Of a DNA stretch of 64,000 nt, positions 1 to 9,273 are shown in pieces. The stretch's first letter is position 1; each line of letters opens with the position of its first letter. This DNA is from Gammaproteobacteria bacterium (lineage in GTDB: Bacteria; Pseudomonadota; Gammaproteobacteria; Steroidobacterales; Rariloculaceae). The notes beneath the pieces were generated by a model. The model was not told the DNA's origin and did not search any database. It was given only the letters and a program-made list of their open reading frames with translations. A program made the position numbers and the translations under genes. The stretch spans positions 184,465 to 248,464 of the forward strand of contig JAJEGN010000011.1 in assembly GCA_022819855.1 (NCBI GenBank). Direction: 5' to 3'.

Positions 1-407
1 GCGGCGGCGACGAGCTCAATCTCATCGAAGCCGGCATGAACTACGGCTGGATCCTCGTGACCGAAGGCGAGCACTACAACGGCGACCCGCGCGAACTTGG
101 CAGGAATTCCGTACCCGGCATGGTGGATCCGGTGCTGTTCTGGTCTCCGGTCATCAACCCCGGGAATCTCGTCTTCTACGACGGCGATGCGTTTCCGGCT
201 TGGCAGGGCGACATGCTCATGGCTTCGATGTCGAGGACGCTGCTGCGCGCGAGCTTCGACGCGGCCGGGAATCCTCTTGGGCAGGAACGCATGCTGACCG
301 AGCTTGGGCAGCGTTTTCGCGATGTCCGACAGGGGCCTGACGGACTGGTCTATTTGCTGACCGACGAACAGGACGGCGCGATGCTGAGGGTCGAGCCGGT
401 GCCGTGA
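1..407 (+). CDS. PQQ-dependent sugar (aldose/sorbosone) dehydrogenase, C-terminal fragment; the 5' end lies outside the window
   Basis: The reading frame is open from base 3. GGDELNLIEAGMNYGW and the C-terminal DVRQGPDGLVYLLTDEQDGAMLRV resemble the soluble glucose dehydrogenase / YliI beta-propeller family as I remember it. Confidence 0.7.
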   Translation, partial: GGDELNLIEAGMNYGWILVTEGEHYNGDPRELGRNSVPGMVDPVLFWSPVINPGNLVFYDGDAFPAWQGDMLMASMSRTLLRASFDAAGNPLGQERMLTELGQRFRDVRQGPDGLVYLLTDEQDGAMLRVEPVP

Positions 408-408
408 G

Positions 409-600
409 GTTTGGTGGTGGGGCGCCCGCTCACATTGCCTCCCCACTCACCCCTCCCGCTGGTCGAAGGGATTCGGGGGGAGGCGGTGCGATCGGTCGCC
501 TTTGGGTGTGGTGGTGGGGCGCCCGCTCACATCGCTTCCCCCCTCACCCCTCCCGTTGGTCGAAGGGATTCGGGGGGAAGCGATGCGATCGGCCGCCTTC
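409..600. repeat. Tandem direct repeat, two copies of a ~97-bp GC-rich element, each with a long internal hairpin
   Basis: gtggtggggcgcccgctcac occurs at 414-433 and again at 511-530 (period 97). Hairpin arms are 433-444/477-488 in copy 1 and 530-543/572-585 in copy 2. The element lies between the convergent stop codons at 407 and 621. Confidence 0.85.
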
Positions 601-620
601 AGTATCGTGGGTGGGGGGCG

Positions 621-2234
621 CTACGGGGCGCGTTCGGCGAGTAGTGTTTCGAGCAGAGCGACCGTCTCTACGTGGGGTTCGGCGGCCTGGCGGAGGAAGC
701 TTTCGTTGTAGTTGCCCATGGCGAGGTCGAGGGGCGTTCGGTCGTTGGCGTCTCTGGCTTCGAGGCTCGCGCCGTTGGCCACCAGGAATTCGACGATCGG
801 GTTGAAGCCCTTCATCGCGGCGCCGTGCAGCGCCGTGCGGTGCGGTACGGCGGCCGGGCTCGGCACCTGCCGGCCGCGGGTCTGGTAGCTGTTGTCGCCG
901 CGGCGCGGGATCTCGCGCACTCCGGTGCTTCGCGGTTCCATGACCATGCGCGCGTCGATGTCGGCGCCGGCGTCGAGCAGCAACTGCATCGTGGCGAGTA
1001 CGCCGTCCATCGTTCGGTTCCGGCCGCGCGTGACGCGCAGACCGTACTCGACGCCCGCCGCGGCCATGAAGGGCGTGACGCCTTCCTTGCTCGGCAGGTC
1101 GACGAGTGCGCCGTGCTCGAGCAGGAGTTCCACGAGCGGCGCGTCGCCGGCGCGTGCCGCCCGGAGCAGCGGTGTCGCGCCCTGCGCGAGGATCGTGTCG
1201 CCGCCGCGGTCCTGGGGAACGTTGCGGTAGGGCGGGCGGCGCTTGAGACGGAGGTTCGGGTCGGCGCCGGCGTCGAGCAGCTTCCGCGCGATATCGAAAG
1301 CCGTGTTCTCGTCCTCGCTCGGGATGACGACCATCGCGCCGTTGCCCATGACGGGGAGCGTGTTCGTGTCGGCGGCCATGTAGAGCGGAGAACGGCCGAA
1401 GAGGTCCCACTTGTCGACGTTTGCGCCGGAGTCGATCATGAAGGCGGCGAAGTCGTAGTTCAGGTTGAGCAGCGCCATGTTGAGCGGCGTGACGCGCTCG
1501 GGGTCGGCGAGATCGGGATCGGCGCCGGCCGCAAGCAGATGGCGTGCGCACTCGATACAGCCTTCGCGCGCCGCGTAGAGCAGCGGCGTGAAGCCGCCCT
1601 TGTTCATGTCCTTCGGACGCGGCTCGGTGATGGTTTTTCGGTCCCACTGGCGAATGACGCCGCGCGCGTCGAGATCGGCGCCGCGTTCGGCGAGAAAGCG
1701 GACCATGTCGGCCTGGCTGCGCGCCGCGGCCCACATGAGCGCGGACTGGCCACCCCAGGCTTCGGTGGCGTTGATGTCGGCGCCCGCGTCGAGCAGCACC
1801 TCGGCCGCATCTACGGCTCCGTTGCGCGCGACGACCATGAGCGCCGTCTCGCCTTCGGGATTGCGTGCGTTGGGATCGGCGCCCGCGTCGAGCAGTGCCC
1901 CGACGATCGGCGCCGAACCGATGACGGCGGCTTCGGCGAGCGCTGACGTCCCGAACTCGTTCATGAGCGTGACATCGGCGCCGGCGTCGATGAGTGCGCG
2001 AATCAGTTCTAGGTCGCCGTGATACGCCGCCCACATCACGGGCGTCGTGCCCGCCGGACCCTGTGCGTTTGCGTCGCTGCCGTCAGAGAGCAATTGCAGC
2101 GCCGTCGCGCCGTCGCCCGCTTCGGCGGCGTCGACGAGCGTGATTTCGGCCGCTTGCCCGAGAGCTGCGCCCAACAGCCATGCAGCGAGGCCGCCGATGA
2201 TCGTCGCGTGCGGTCTCGCCAGGACTTTAGTCAC
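621..2234 (-). CDS. Exported ankyrin-repeat protein (module copy 1)
   Basis: N-terminal hydrophobic leader (IIGGLAAWLLGAALGQAAE). This is followed by many ankyrin-like units (TPVMWAAYHGDLELIRALIDAGADV, ETALMVVARNGAVDAAEVLLDAGADIN and others). Confidence 0.85.
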   Translation of the reverse strand: MTKVLARPHATIIGGLAAWLLGAALGQAAEITLVDAAEAGDGATALQLLSDGSDANAQGPAGTTPVMWAAYHGDLELIRALIDAGADVTLMNEFGTSALAEAAVIGSAPIVGALLDAGADPNARNPEGETALMVVARNGAVDAAEVLLDAGADINATEAWGGQSALMWAAARSQADMVRFLAERGADLDARGVIRQWDRKTITEPRPKDMNKGGFTPLLYAAREGCIECARHLLAAGADPDLADPERVTPLNMALLNLNYDFAAFMIDSGANVDKWDLFGRSPLYMAADTNTLPVMGNGAMVVIPSEDENTAFDIARKLLDAGADPNLRLKRRPPYRNVPQDRGGDTILAQGATPLLRAARAGDAPLVELLLEHGALVDLPSKEGVTPFMAAAGVEYGLRVTRGRNRTMDGVLATMQLLLDAGADIDARMVMEPRSTGVREIPRRGDNSYQTRGRQVPSPAAVPHRTALHGAAMKGFNPIVEFLVANGASLEARDANDRTPLDLAMGNYNESFLRQAAEPHVETVALLETLLAERAP

Positions 2235-2308
2235 TGTTGCAGCCCTCGTTTCTTGTCAGGCGGGCGCCTCACCGGTCCGGGTCCGACGCCGGAGTAGCGC
2301 CACGGCTT

Positions 2309-3595
2309 TTACACCTCGGAGAGGATTCCGCCGCTGTCGCCGATCGACTCGACCGGGATATTCGTTCGGTCGAACAGCGTCACGAGCAGATCGGAGAAGC
2401 GCGTGTCCTGCGGATAGCTCAGGTGCTGCCCGCCCCTGATCCGGCCGTGTGCGTGGCCGAGGATCGCCGAGGGCAACGGATCGTTGTTGTGCCGGTCGCT
2501 GTTGGACATGTTGCTGCCGAACAGGATCGCCGAGTGATCGAGCACCGTGCCCTCGCCTTCGGGCGTGTTGACGAGCCGGTCCACGAAGCCCACGAACCTC
2601 TCGGCAAAGTAACGCTGGATTCGGACGAGTTTCTCCTGCTTGTCGGGACTGTTGCCGTGGTGCGAGAGCGGGTGAAACGCTTCCGAAATACCGAGTTGCC
2701 CGTAGGTGCGCATGCTCGCCTCGCGGTCGAGCGAGATCGTGATGATCCGGGTCAGGTCGGCCTGAAATGCCAGACCCATGAGGTCGAACATGAGCTGCAT
2801 GTGGTCGTCGAGCACGTTCGGAATGCCGACCGGCGCTTCGGGAATGTCCAGATGGCTCATGTCCTGTTCGGAGGCCATTTGCACGCGGCGTTCGATCTCG
2901 CGTACCGAATCGAGGTAGTCGCTGACGACGACCCTGTCGCTGACGCCGAGGCTCGCCTGCAGTCTGGCCGCCTGGCTCGTGACGCGATCGAGAATGCTGC
3001 CGGTCTCGTTGAGGATCGCCTTGCGCTCGGCGTCGGTGTCGCCCTGTCCGAACAGCTTGTAGAAGACGGCGCGCGGATTGCCTTCCTGCGGCAGCGACTG
3101 TGTCGGCGTGCGCCAGGCGACCTGTGCGCCGCGCTGAGAAGTCGTGAGTTCGAGTGACGGCAGGCGCGTGTCCTGGCCGATGTGACGCGCCGCAAACTGG
3201 TCGGCCGTGATGCCGGCTTCAGGACCGATGACCCCGGCGTCCCAGGGCGCGACGCAGGAGAGCCAGGTGCGCTCGATGTAGCCGTGCGGTTCGGGGCTCT
3301 CGGCCGGCTTGTTGCGCAGACCCGAGACGATCGTGAGGTGCTCGCGATAGGGCTCGAGGGGCTCAAGGATCGGCGACATCTCGTATTCCGTGCCCGCCTG
3401 CTTTGGCGACCACTGGTCCATGATCGCGCCGTGCGGGAAGCCGACGAACGCGAGCCGGACCGGCGTGCTGCCCGCCGCGGTCTGGGACCAGGCCGTCGCA
3501 GCCGGGTTCATGGCGTCGAGCAGTGGGAGTGCGATGGTCGCGCCGGCGCCCTTGAGCACCGTGCGGCGCGAGAGATGTTTCTTGCTCAGGTACAT
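2309..3595 (-). CDS. DUF1552-family protein with twin-arginine leader (module copy 1)
   Basis: MYLSKKHLSRRTVLKGAGATIALPLLDAM is a Tat-type leader. GGAG lies 7 nt upstream of the ATG at 3595; the ORF-track start at 3613 is a TTG. It is a paralogue of 26090..27427. Confidence 0.85.
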   Translation of the reverse strand: MYLSKKHLSRRTVLKGAGATIALPLLDAMNPAATAWSQTAAGSTPVRLAFVGFPHGAIMDQWSPKQAGTEYEMSPILEPLEPYREHLTIVSGLRNKPAESPEPHGYIERTWLSCVAPWDAGVIGPEAGITADQFAARHIGQDTRLPSLELTTSQRGAQVAWRTPTQSLPQEGNPRAVFYKLFGQGDTDAERKAILNETGSILDRVTSQAARLQASLGVSDRVVVSDYLDSVREIERRVQMASEQDMSHLDIPEAPVGIPNVLDDHMQLMFDLMGLAFQADLTRIITISLDREASMRTYGQLGISEAFHPLSHHGNSPDKQEKLVRIQRYFAERFVGFVDRLVNTPEGEGTVLDHSAILFGSNMSNSDRHNNDPLPSAILGHAHGRIRGGQHLSYPQDTRFSDLLVTLFDRTNIPVESIGDSGGILSEV

Positions 3596-3643
3596 TGATT
3601 GTCTCCGCAGCAATCCCTCTTTATACCGGAATTCGGGCGTGTC

Positions 3644-6136
3644 CTAAAGCGCGTTTTCCCCGGCAGGCCAGTCTGCCGACGAGCCGGAACTGGCCGTGAT
3701 TTCACCAGCAACCGCGCCCGGCACTCGCCGCTTCCTGAACTGGTCGCTCGCGACGATGCCGCGGACGATGGACGAAAACCGGTAGTCGTCGGCTTCGGCG
3801 CCGCGGACGATCGTTCGGACGGTCGGCATGTCGTGGTGTTCGAGCGTGCGGCCGGTCGCGTACATGAGCAGCCGCTCCGTGAACGTCTGCACGAACTGAT
3901 CGGGCCGATTGAGCAGCGCTTCGCGAAGTTCCACGGGGCCGTCGATGGCGCTGCCGTCGGGTAGCACGCCCGAAGCGTCGATCAGCGTGCCCGCGTAGCG
4001 GTCGCGATCCCGCCAGGCGCCTGTCGCGTCGAAATTTTCGAGCGCGAAACCGAGCGGGTCCATGATCGCGTGGCAGGAGAAACAGGCCGGGTTTTCGCGG
4101 TGGGTGGCCATGAGCTCGCGCACGGTCAGCGCATCGGGCGTGCCGATGTCTTCCTCGTCGAGCGACGGGACCTCATCCGGCGGAATCGGCGGCGCGATGC
4201 CCTGGATGTGCTCGAGAACGAACGCGCCGCGCAGCACGGGCGATGTGCGGTTCGGGTAGGCGGCGGCCATGAGCACGGCGCCCTTGCCGAGCAGGCCGTG
4301 GCGTGCCGAGTCGGCGAGTTCGACGCGCTGGAAGCGGCTGCCCTTGACGTCGGTGATGCCGTAGTGAAGCGCCACGCGCTCGTTGACGTAAGTGTGGTCT
4401 GCCGTCAGCAGATCGATGACGCTGCGATCCTCGGCGAAGATGCTGTTGGAGAAATGCGTCAGCTCCGTGAGGAATTCTCCGCGCGGATCGCCGACGCCCG
4501 ACGCGTACGGAAAGATCGTCGAATCGGGAACGACCTCGTCGATGCGCCGGATGTCGAGCCATTGGTGCACGAAGTTGCCGCCGAGCGTGGCCGCGCGCGG
4601 GTCGGCCAGCATGCGCGCAAGCTGCGCCTCGAGCGCCTCGTCGCGGCTCAATTCGCCGCGGCCGGCGAGTTCGAGGAGTTCGTCGTCCGGGATCGAGTTC
4701 CAGAGGAAGAACGAGAGCCTCGACGCGAGTTCGTAATCGTCGATTTCGTAGACCTCGCCCGGGGCCAGGCCCTCGGGGATGCGCTCGGCGCGATAGAGGA
4801 AGAAGGGGCTTGCGAGAATGCCGGTCACCGCACTGCGGATGCCCTCCTCGAAGCCGCCTGCCGAGTAGCCGTCGCGGTAGTACTCGAGGATTTCGACGAG
4901 GTCGCTCTCTGCAAGCGGACGGCGATAGGCGCGAGTGCCGAGCGTCGTGATGATCTCTTCGGCGCAGAGGTCCGGATCGTCGCCGCGATCGGGGTGGCAG
5001 ACGAAAATCCGGTCGCGGCTCGGGGTCGCGCTCAGGCCGGTCGGATTGAACGGCCCCTTGATCTCGAACGAACTCACGCGATAGAGGCGTTCCTGTCCGC
5101 CGCCGGGCAGGAACTGCCGGAAGCGGTCGTCGGACTCGGCGAAGGTCCGGTGCCTGAACGCGACGCCGACCTTGTGCGGTCCGGCCGTCGCTGGAAAGCG
5201 GATGTTCTTGAGGCGGACGTTGACCCGGTCGAGCGCGCCGTCCTGGACCTGGTCGTAGAGCTTCATGTCCTCTTCGCCGCCGACCGTGGTCTCGTGGACG
5301 AGTTCGCCGTCGAGCGTCACGACGAGCGAGTTCTCGAACTCCATGCCGTTGCCCCAGATATGGGTGGCCATGTCGGCAACGTCGATGACGTACTCGCCGT
5401 CGGACGGGAGGTGAACCTCCGCGAGGATGCCGCCGCGCGTGCCGAGCGGCATGCCCGGCACGTGCGTGAGCTGTCGGCCCGGCTGGGCCCGGAACGCCCA
5501 TCCGCCGGGTCTCGAATCGGGCTGGCCGACCGCCTGCCGAGCAACGGCGCGTGCCGCGATCACGTACTGCTCGATGAACGAGGGCGACACCTGCAGCGCC
5601 GGTCCGATGTTGTCGAAGTACTCGACGATCTCGTCGTCCGGCAGCAGTTCCCCGGAGTCGATTTCGAGCGTGAGCAGGTCGCGGATCGCGTTGGCGTATT
5701 CCTTGCGGTTGAGCCGGTGCAGCACGACCTGCTCGGGAATGTGCTCGACGCCCTGGGCGGCATCGAGCGATCGCTCGAGCGCCGCCACGAATCTCCAGAC
5801 TTCCTCGCCCTCCGGCTGGGTCTCGCCAGGTGGCGGCATCACGCGGCCGCGGAGCTTGCGAACCGCGTTTTCGAAGAGTTCCGCGTGCTCGGCGACGCTC
5901 TCGGGTGAACGTCCCTCGAAGGTGATGCCGGCGGTGAATTCGGCGTTGTTGTGGCATTCGACGCAATAGCGATCAAGCATCGCCCACTCTTCGCGTGCGT
6001 CGGCCGCCGCGCGCGCCGCGGGGTCGCCGCCGAGCTGGCCGCAGCCGGCCACGAACAGCACAGAAGCGGCCGCGACACCCCAAGCTGCGGTCAGCCGCGA
6101 TGCCGAAACCCCGTTGCTTTCGATCACGCCGTTCAC
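3644..6136 (-). CDS. DUF1592/DUF1585/DUF1587/DUF1588/DUF1595-family protein with two CxxCH haem motifs (module copy 1)
   Basis: DRYCVECHN lies near the N-terminus and NPACFSCHAIMDPLGFALENFD near the C-terminus. A lipobox-like LFVAGC follows a short leader. The start is uncertain: GTG at 6136 or 6127. The ATG at 6280 would overlap the upstream gene and adds a non-leader-like extension. Confidence 0.8.
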   Translation of the reverse strand: MNGVIESNGVSASRLTAAWGVAAASVLFVAGCGQLGGDPAARAAADAREEWAMLDRYCVECHNNAEFTAGITFEGRSPESVAEHAELFENAVRKLRGRVMPPPGETQPEGEEVWRFVAALERSLDAAQGVEHIPEQVVLHRLNRKEYANAIRDLLTLEIDSGELLPDDEIVEYFDNIGPALQVSPSFIEQYVIAARAVARQAVGQPDSRPGGWAFRAQPGRQLTHVPGMPLGTRGGILAEVHLPSDGEYVIDVADMATHIWGNGMEFENSLVVTLDGELVHETTVGGEEDMKLYDQVQDGALDRVNVRLKNIRFPATAGPHKVGVAFRHRTFAESDDRFRQFLPGGGQERLYRVSSFEIKGPFNPTGLSATPSRDRIFVCHPDRGDDPDLCAEEIITTLGTRAYRRPLAESDLVEILEYYRDGYSAGGFEEGIRSAVTGILASPFFLYRAERIPEGLAPGEVYEIDDYELASRLSFFLWNSIPDDELLELAGRGELSRDEALEAQLARMLADPRAATLGGNFVHQWLDIRRIDEVVPDSTIFPYASGVGDPRGEFLTELTHFSNSIFAEDRSVIDLLTADHTYVNERVALHYGITDVKGSRFQRVELADSARHGLLGKGAVLMAAAYPNRTSPVLRGAFVLEHIQGIAPPIPPDEVPSLDEEDIGTPDALTVRELMATHRENPACFSCHAIMDPLGFALENFDATGAWRDRDRYAGTLIDASGVLPDGSAIDGPVELREALLNRPDQFVQTFTERLLMYATGRTLEHHDMPTVRTIVRGAEADDYRFSSIVRGIVASDQFRKRRVPGAVAGEITASSGSSADWPAGENAL

Positions 6137-6164
6137 GTCAATGTTATCGATCCTGCGGTTGTGT

Positions 6165-7094
6165 CTATGCGTCCGGAGACAGGTAGGCCCACAGGCTTTC
6201 GAACGCACGTCTGACAAACTCTTCCGACGGCCCCATTTCAGCGTCGTATTCTTCGGTCGGGCGCGCGTCGACGGCTTCATCGGGACCCCTGCCGCTGTTC
6301 AGCAGTCCCGAGAGCCTTGCATAGACCGTATTGTACATCTCGAATTGCGCTTCAAGATCGGATCGGGCCAATACACGACCGTGTGCCGGCACGATGCGGG
6401 TATCGGCATCCGTGAGCGCGAGCAGCAGCTCCATCGTGCCGACGATGCCGCCGATCCACCCGCCCGTCCACCAGTCGACCAGAGGCCAGCCCGCGCCCGA
6501 CGCCGCGCCGCCGACGGCGAGCACGTTCTCGCCGGGCCACTGAACATAGAGATCGCCATCCGTATGCGCCGCGTGGCGCAGATAGCCGTAGCGCACGCCC
6601 GAGTCGAGTGCGCCTTCGTCGTAGAAGGTCAGGTTCGGTTGCGCGGCCTCCGGAAGCGGTTCGAAGCGCTGACCGTTCCAGGGCCAGGTAATGTCGGTCG
6701 TGAGCCAGAGGCGCGTGTTCTCCTGGGCGATGATCGCCGCTCCGGCGGCCGCAAGGCGTTCGTTCGAACCCGTCTGCTCGGAGTGCCAGTGCGTGTTGAA
6801 GAGCGTGGTGACCGGACCGCCTTGCGGCAGCGCCGCGACCGCGTCGAGCAGCGCTTGCGAATCGGCGGCCGTGGCGCCGTCGACGAGCACTGTGCCGTTG
6901 GGGCCGGTCTGCGCGACGATGTTGTTTCCGGCGACGGTCAGCACATGAAGGTTGTCGCCCAGTTGCTGCGTCGCGACGCCGGATTCGGTTTGTGCGCGCG
7001 CTTCACGCGGTCGCGAAACCGGCAGGCCGAGTGCCGCGCCGACGGCGCCAGCGGCCGCGGCGCTCAACATGCGTCGTCGTGTCAGCAGTTGCAC
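6165..7094 (-). CDS. MBL-fold metallo-hydrolase, Tat-exported
   Basis: VQLLTRRRMLSAAAAGAVGAALGLPV is a leader requiring a start upstream of RRR; GTG at 7094 is chosen. The metal motif is FNTHWHSEQTG and a later HTDGDL is present. Confidence 0.7.
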   Translation of the reverse strand: MQLLTRRRMLSAAAAGAVGAALGLPVSRPREARAQTESGVATQQLGDNLHVLTVAGNNIVAQTGPNGTVLVDGATAADSQALLDAVAALPQGGPVTTLFNTHWHSEQTGSNERLAAAGAAIIAQENTRLWLTTDITWPWNGQRFEPLPEAAQPNLTFYDEGALDSGVRYGYLRHAAHTDGDLYVQWPGENVLAVGGAASGAGWPLVDWWTGGWIGGIVGTMELLLALTDADTRIVPAHGRVLARSDLEAQFEMYNTVYARLSGLLNSGRGPDEAVDARPTEEYDAEMGPSEEFVRRAFESLWAYLSPDA

Positions 7095-7156
7095 TGGTTT
7101 CGTTCCAAGACGACCCAACCTGTTTGTCAATCGTCCTCGTGGAGCATTCGTGCCAC

Positions 7157-7378
7157 TTACGCGGTGAAGTGATCGACTGTCGCAATCAATTCGCGGCGTT
7201 CGGAGACGCTGAGGCCGCCCCACGACCGGAATACCCGAGTCTGCTTGCAGCGTCCGCACGTTACTTCGTTACTTGTGACAGTTAGACGGAGCGGCTCGCG
7301 CTGCTCGCGGTCGTTCCTCAGGCCACAGGCCGCGTAACGTAGGTCGGCGTCCAACTCAGGCGAGAAGTGGATTGTCAT
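7157..7378 (-). CDS. Small hypothetical protein (73 aa) with a Cys...CxxC arrangement
   Basis: GGGAG lies 6 nt upstream of the ATG. The gene is co-directional with and 62 nt upstream of the MBL gene. No family was recognised. Confidence 0.4.
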   Translation of the reverse strand: MTIHFSPELDADLRYAACGLRNDREQREPLRLTVTSNEVTCGRCKQTRVFRSWGGLSVSERRELIATVDHFTA

Positions 7379-7456
7379 TGGTTACTCCCGAACTGTCAGG
7401 GTCGAACCGCCTGAACTTGCCAATGCGAGGGCACGCCTATATAAGAACCAGCAACT

Positions 7457-8467
7457 ATGAACCGTTGGGCGAACAAGAACAAACCGCGGTCTCGTATCGT
7501 CTCTAGACCCAGGCGACGGCAGGGGTGCCTCCAGAACGTGCGGCTCCGACTGCGGTCCATCGCATGGGTCGCCGTCGTCGGAATGGCGGCGCATGCTCAG
7601 CAGACGGACGTCGAACTCGATCTCCTGCACGTGCAGGGCAACGTCTACATGCTCCATGGCGGGGAGGCCGGCAACATGGCCGTGCAGATCGGCGATGACG
7701 GCGTCATGGTCGTCAATGCGATGGGCGGCGGACTGGCCGAACGCATCGTCGAGACGATCGGCGAGGTCACGAGCGCTCCGGTGCGCTACATCATCAACAC
7801 GAGTGCGGACCTGCACCATACCGGCGGCAATGCCGAACTTGCGGTACTTGGAGAGTTCGGTTCGACGCCGGCGCTCGCGCCCGGCGAAGTGGCCGGAGCG
7901 ACGCTGGTGGCTCACGAGAACGTCATGTTGCGCCTGTTCGAACTCGAGGCGAGCGGTTTTCCGCCCGAAGGGGTGCCGCGCACGGTCTACTTCTTGCCAT
8001 TCAAGGACATCTTCTTCAACGACGAGCCGGTATTCATCATCCACGAGCCGAACGCGCACTCCGACGGCGACAGCATCGTGCTGTTCAGAAAGTCCGACAC
8101 CATTGCGGTCGGCGACCTGTTCATCCCGGGCCGCTACCCGATCATCGACGTTGAACGCGGCGGCAGCGTTCAGGGGCTGCTGCGGGCGCTCAATCATGTG
8201 CTCGATCTCGCGGTGCCGGAGCACCTGCAGGACGGCGGCACGCGAATCATTCCCGGCAGCGGGCGGCTCTGCAACGAGGCCGACGTCGTTGAACACCGCA
8301 ATATGGTCGCCGTCGTGCGCGACAGGGTCCGCGACCTCATGGCCAAGGGCCTGGACCTGCAGGAAATCCAGGCAACGCGGCCGACGCGCGACTACGACAC
8401 CGAATTTGACGGCGACGGGGAAGCGTTCGTCGAATCGGTCTACACGAGCCTCGCCGCAGCGCAATGA
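7457..8467 (+). CDS. MBL-fold metallo-hydrolase-like protein, exported
   Basis: Leader IAWVAVVGMAAHAQQ. MBL-like core (YMLHGGEAGNMAVQIGDDGVMVVNA ... YIINTSADLHHTGGN ... HSDGDSIV). The stop overlaps the next start (ATGA at 8464-8467). The true start may be internal. Confidence 0.7.
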   Translation: MNRWANKNKPRSRIVSRPRRRQGCLQNVRLRLRSIAWVAVVGMAAHAQQTDVELDLLHVQGNVYMLHGGEAGNMAVQIGDDGVMVVNAMGGGLAERIVETIGEVTSAPVRYIINTSADLHHTGGNAELAVLGEFGSTPALAPGEVAGATLVAHENVMLRLFELEASGFPPEGVPRTVYFLPFKDIFFNDEPVFIIHEPNAHSDGDSIVLFRKSDTIAVGDLFIPGRYPIIDVERGGSVQGLLRALNHVLDLAVPEHLQDGGTRIIPGSGRLCNEADVVEHRNMVAVVRDRVRDLMAKGLDLQEIQATRPTRDYDTEFDGDGEAFVESVYTSLAAAQ

Positions 8468-9267
8468 AATCGACGATGACGTCAAGGATCGGACTCGGCG
8501 GATTCCTTGCCGTGCTGTGTCTCGCCGCGCCTGCGCTCGCCCAGGGCCCCGGCGGCGGCCCGTCCGCCGAGCCGCAGACGGCCCGCGAGGTAGCCCCCGT
8601 CGACCTCACGGGGACGTGGGTCTCGGTCGTCAGCGAGGACTGGCGCTGGCGCATGGTCACGCCCACCCGCGGCGATTTCGCGAGCATCCCGCTCAACGCG
8701 GAAGGGCGCAGGGTCGGACTCGAGTGGGACCCGGAGGCGGACGAGGCGGCGGGCCTTGAGTGCAAGGCCTTCGGCGCACCCGCCGTCATGCGTATCCCGG
8801 GCCGCGTCCGGATAAACTGGCAGGACGACGAAACGCTGATGATCGAAACGGACCAGGGCATGCAGACGCGGCTGCTCAGGTTCGGCGTTCCGGCCGGGGC
8901 GAACGCACCGCCGAGCCGCCAGGGTCATTCGGTGGCCAACTGGGAGCGCCCGGCGCAGGGCATCGGTCCGCGGGACTCCTTCGGCCCGTTCTCCGGCAGG
9001 ATCGGTCAGCACCCGCGCGCGCTCGAAGTCACGACGACGAACCTGTTGCCGGGATACCTGCGACGCAACGGTCCGCCCTACAGCGAGGACGCCGTGCTTG
9101 AGGAGTATTTCGACCATCACGTGCAACCGAACGGTGACGAGTGGTTCACGGTCACGACGGTGGTCACGGACCCGACCTACCTGCGCGGCGCTTTCATCAC
9201 GAGCACCGATTTCAAAAAGGAAGCGAACGATGACAGTTTCGACCCGGTGGCCTGCTCGGCGAGGTAG
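8464..9267 (+). CDS. Secreted protein, unnamed family (paralogue 1 of 4)
   Basis: Leader GFLAVLCLAAPALAQG. Shares DLTGTW ... LEVTTTNLLPGYLRRNGPPYSEDAVLEEYF ... VVTDPTYL with 9274, the C-terminal half of 11444 and 56585. Confidence 0.7.
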   Translation: MKSTMTSRIGLGGFLAVLCLAAPALAQGPGGGPSAEPQTAREVAPVDLTGTWVSVVSEDWRWRMVTPTRGDFASIPLNAEGRRVGLEWDPEADEAAGLECKAFGAPAVMRIPGRVRINWQDDETLMIETDQGMQTRLLRFGVPAGANAPPSRQGHSVANWERPAQGIGPRDSFGPFSGRIGQHPRALEVTTTNLLPGYLRRNGPPYSEDAVLEEYFDHHVQPNGDEWFTVTTVVTDPTYLRGAFITSTDFKKEANDDSFDPVACSAR

Positions 9268-9273
9268 GAGGTC

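Noticed and set aside
544-2034. 496-aa minus-strand ORF, together with the 424-aa plus-strand ORF 672..1946, overlapping the ankyrin gene
   Set aside because: The translations are Arg/Ala/Gly/Pro-rich and low in complexity, with no motifs. This is typical of off-frame or antisense ORFs in GC-rich DNA. The 621..2234 frame gives clean ankyrin repeats.
4070-5966. 612-aa plus-strand and 597-aa minus-strand ORFs inside the DUF1592-family gene
   Set aside because: These are shadow ORFs with a biased Arg/Ala/Pro composition. The 3644..6136 frame carries the CxxCH motifs and has a paralogue in the window.
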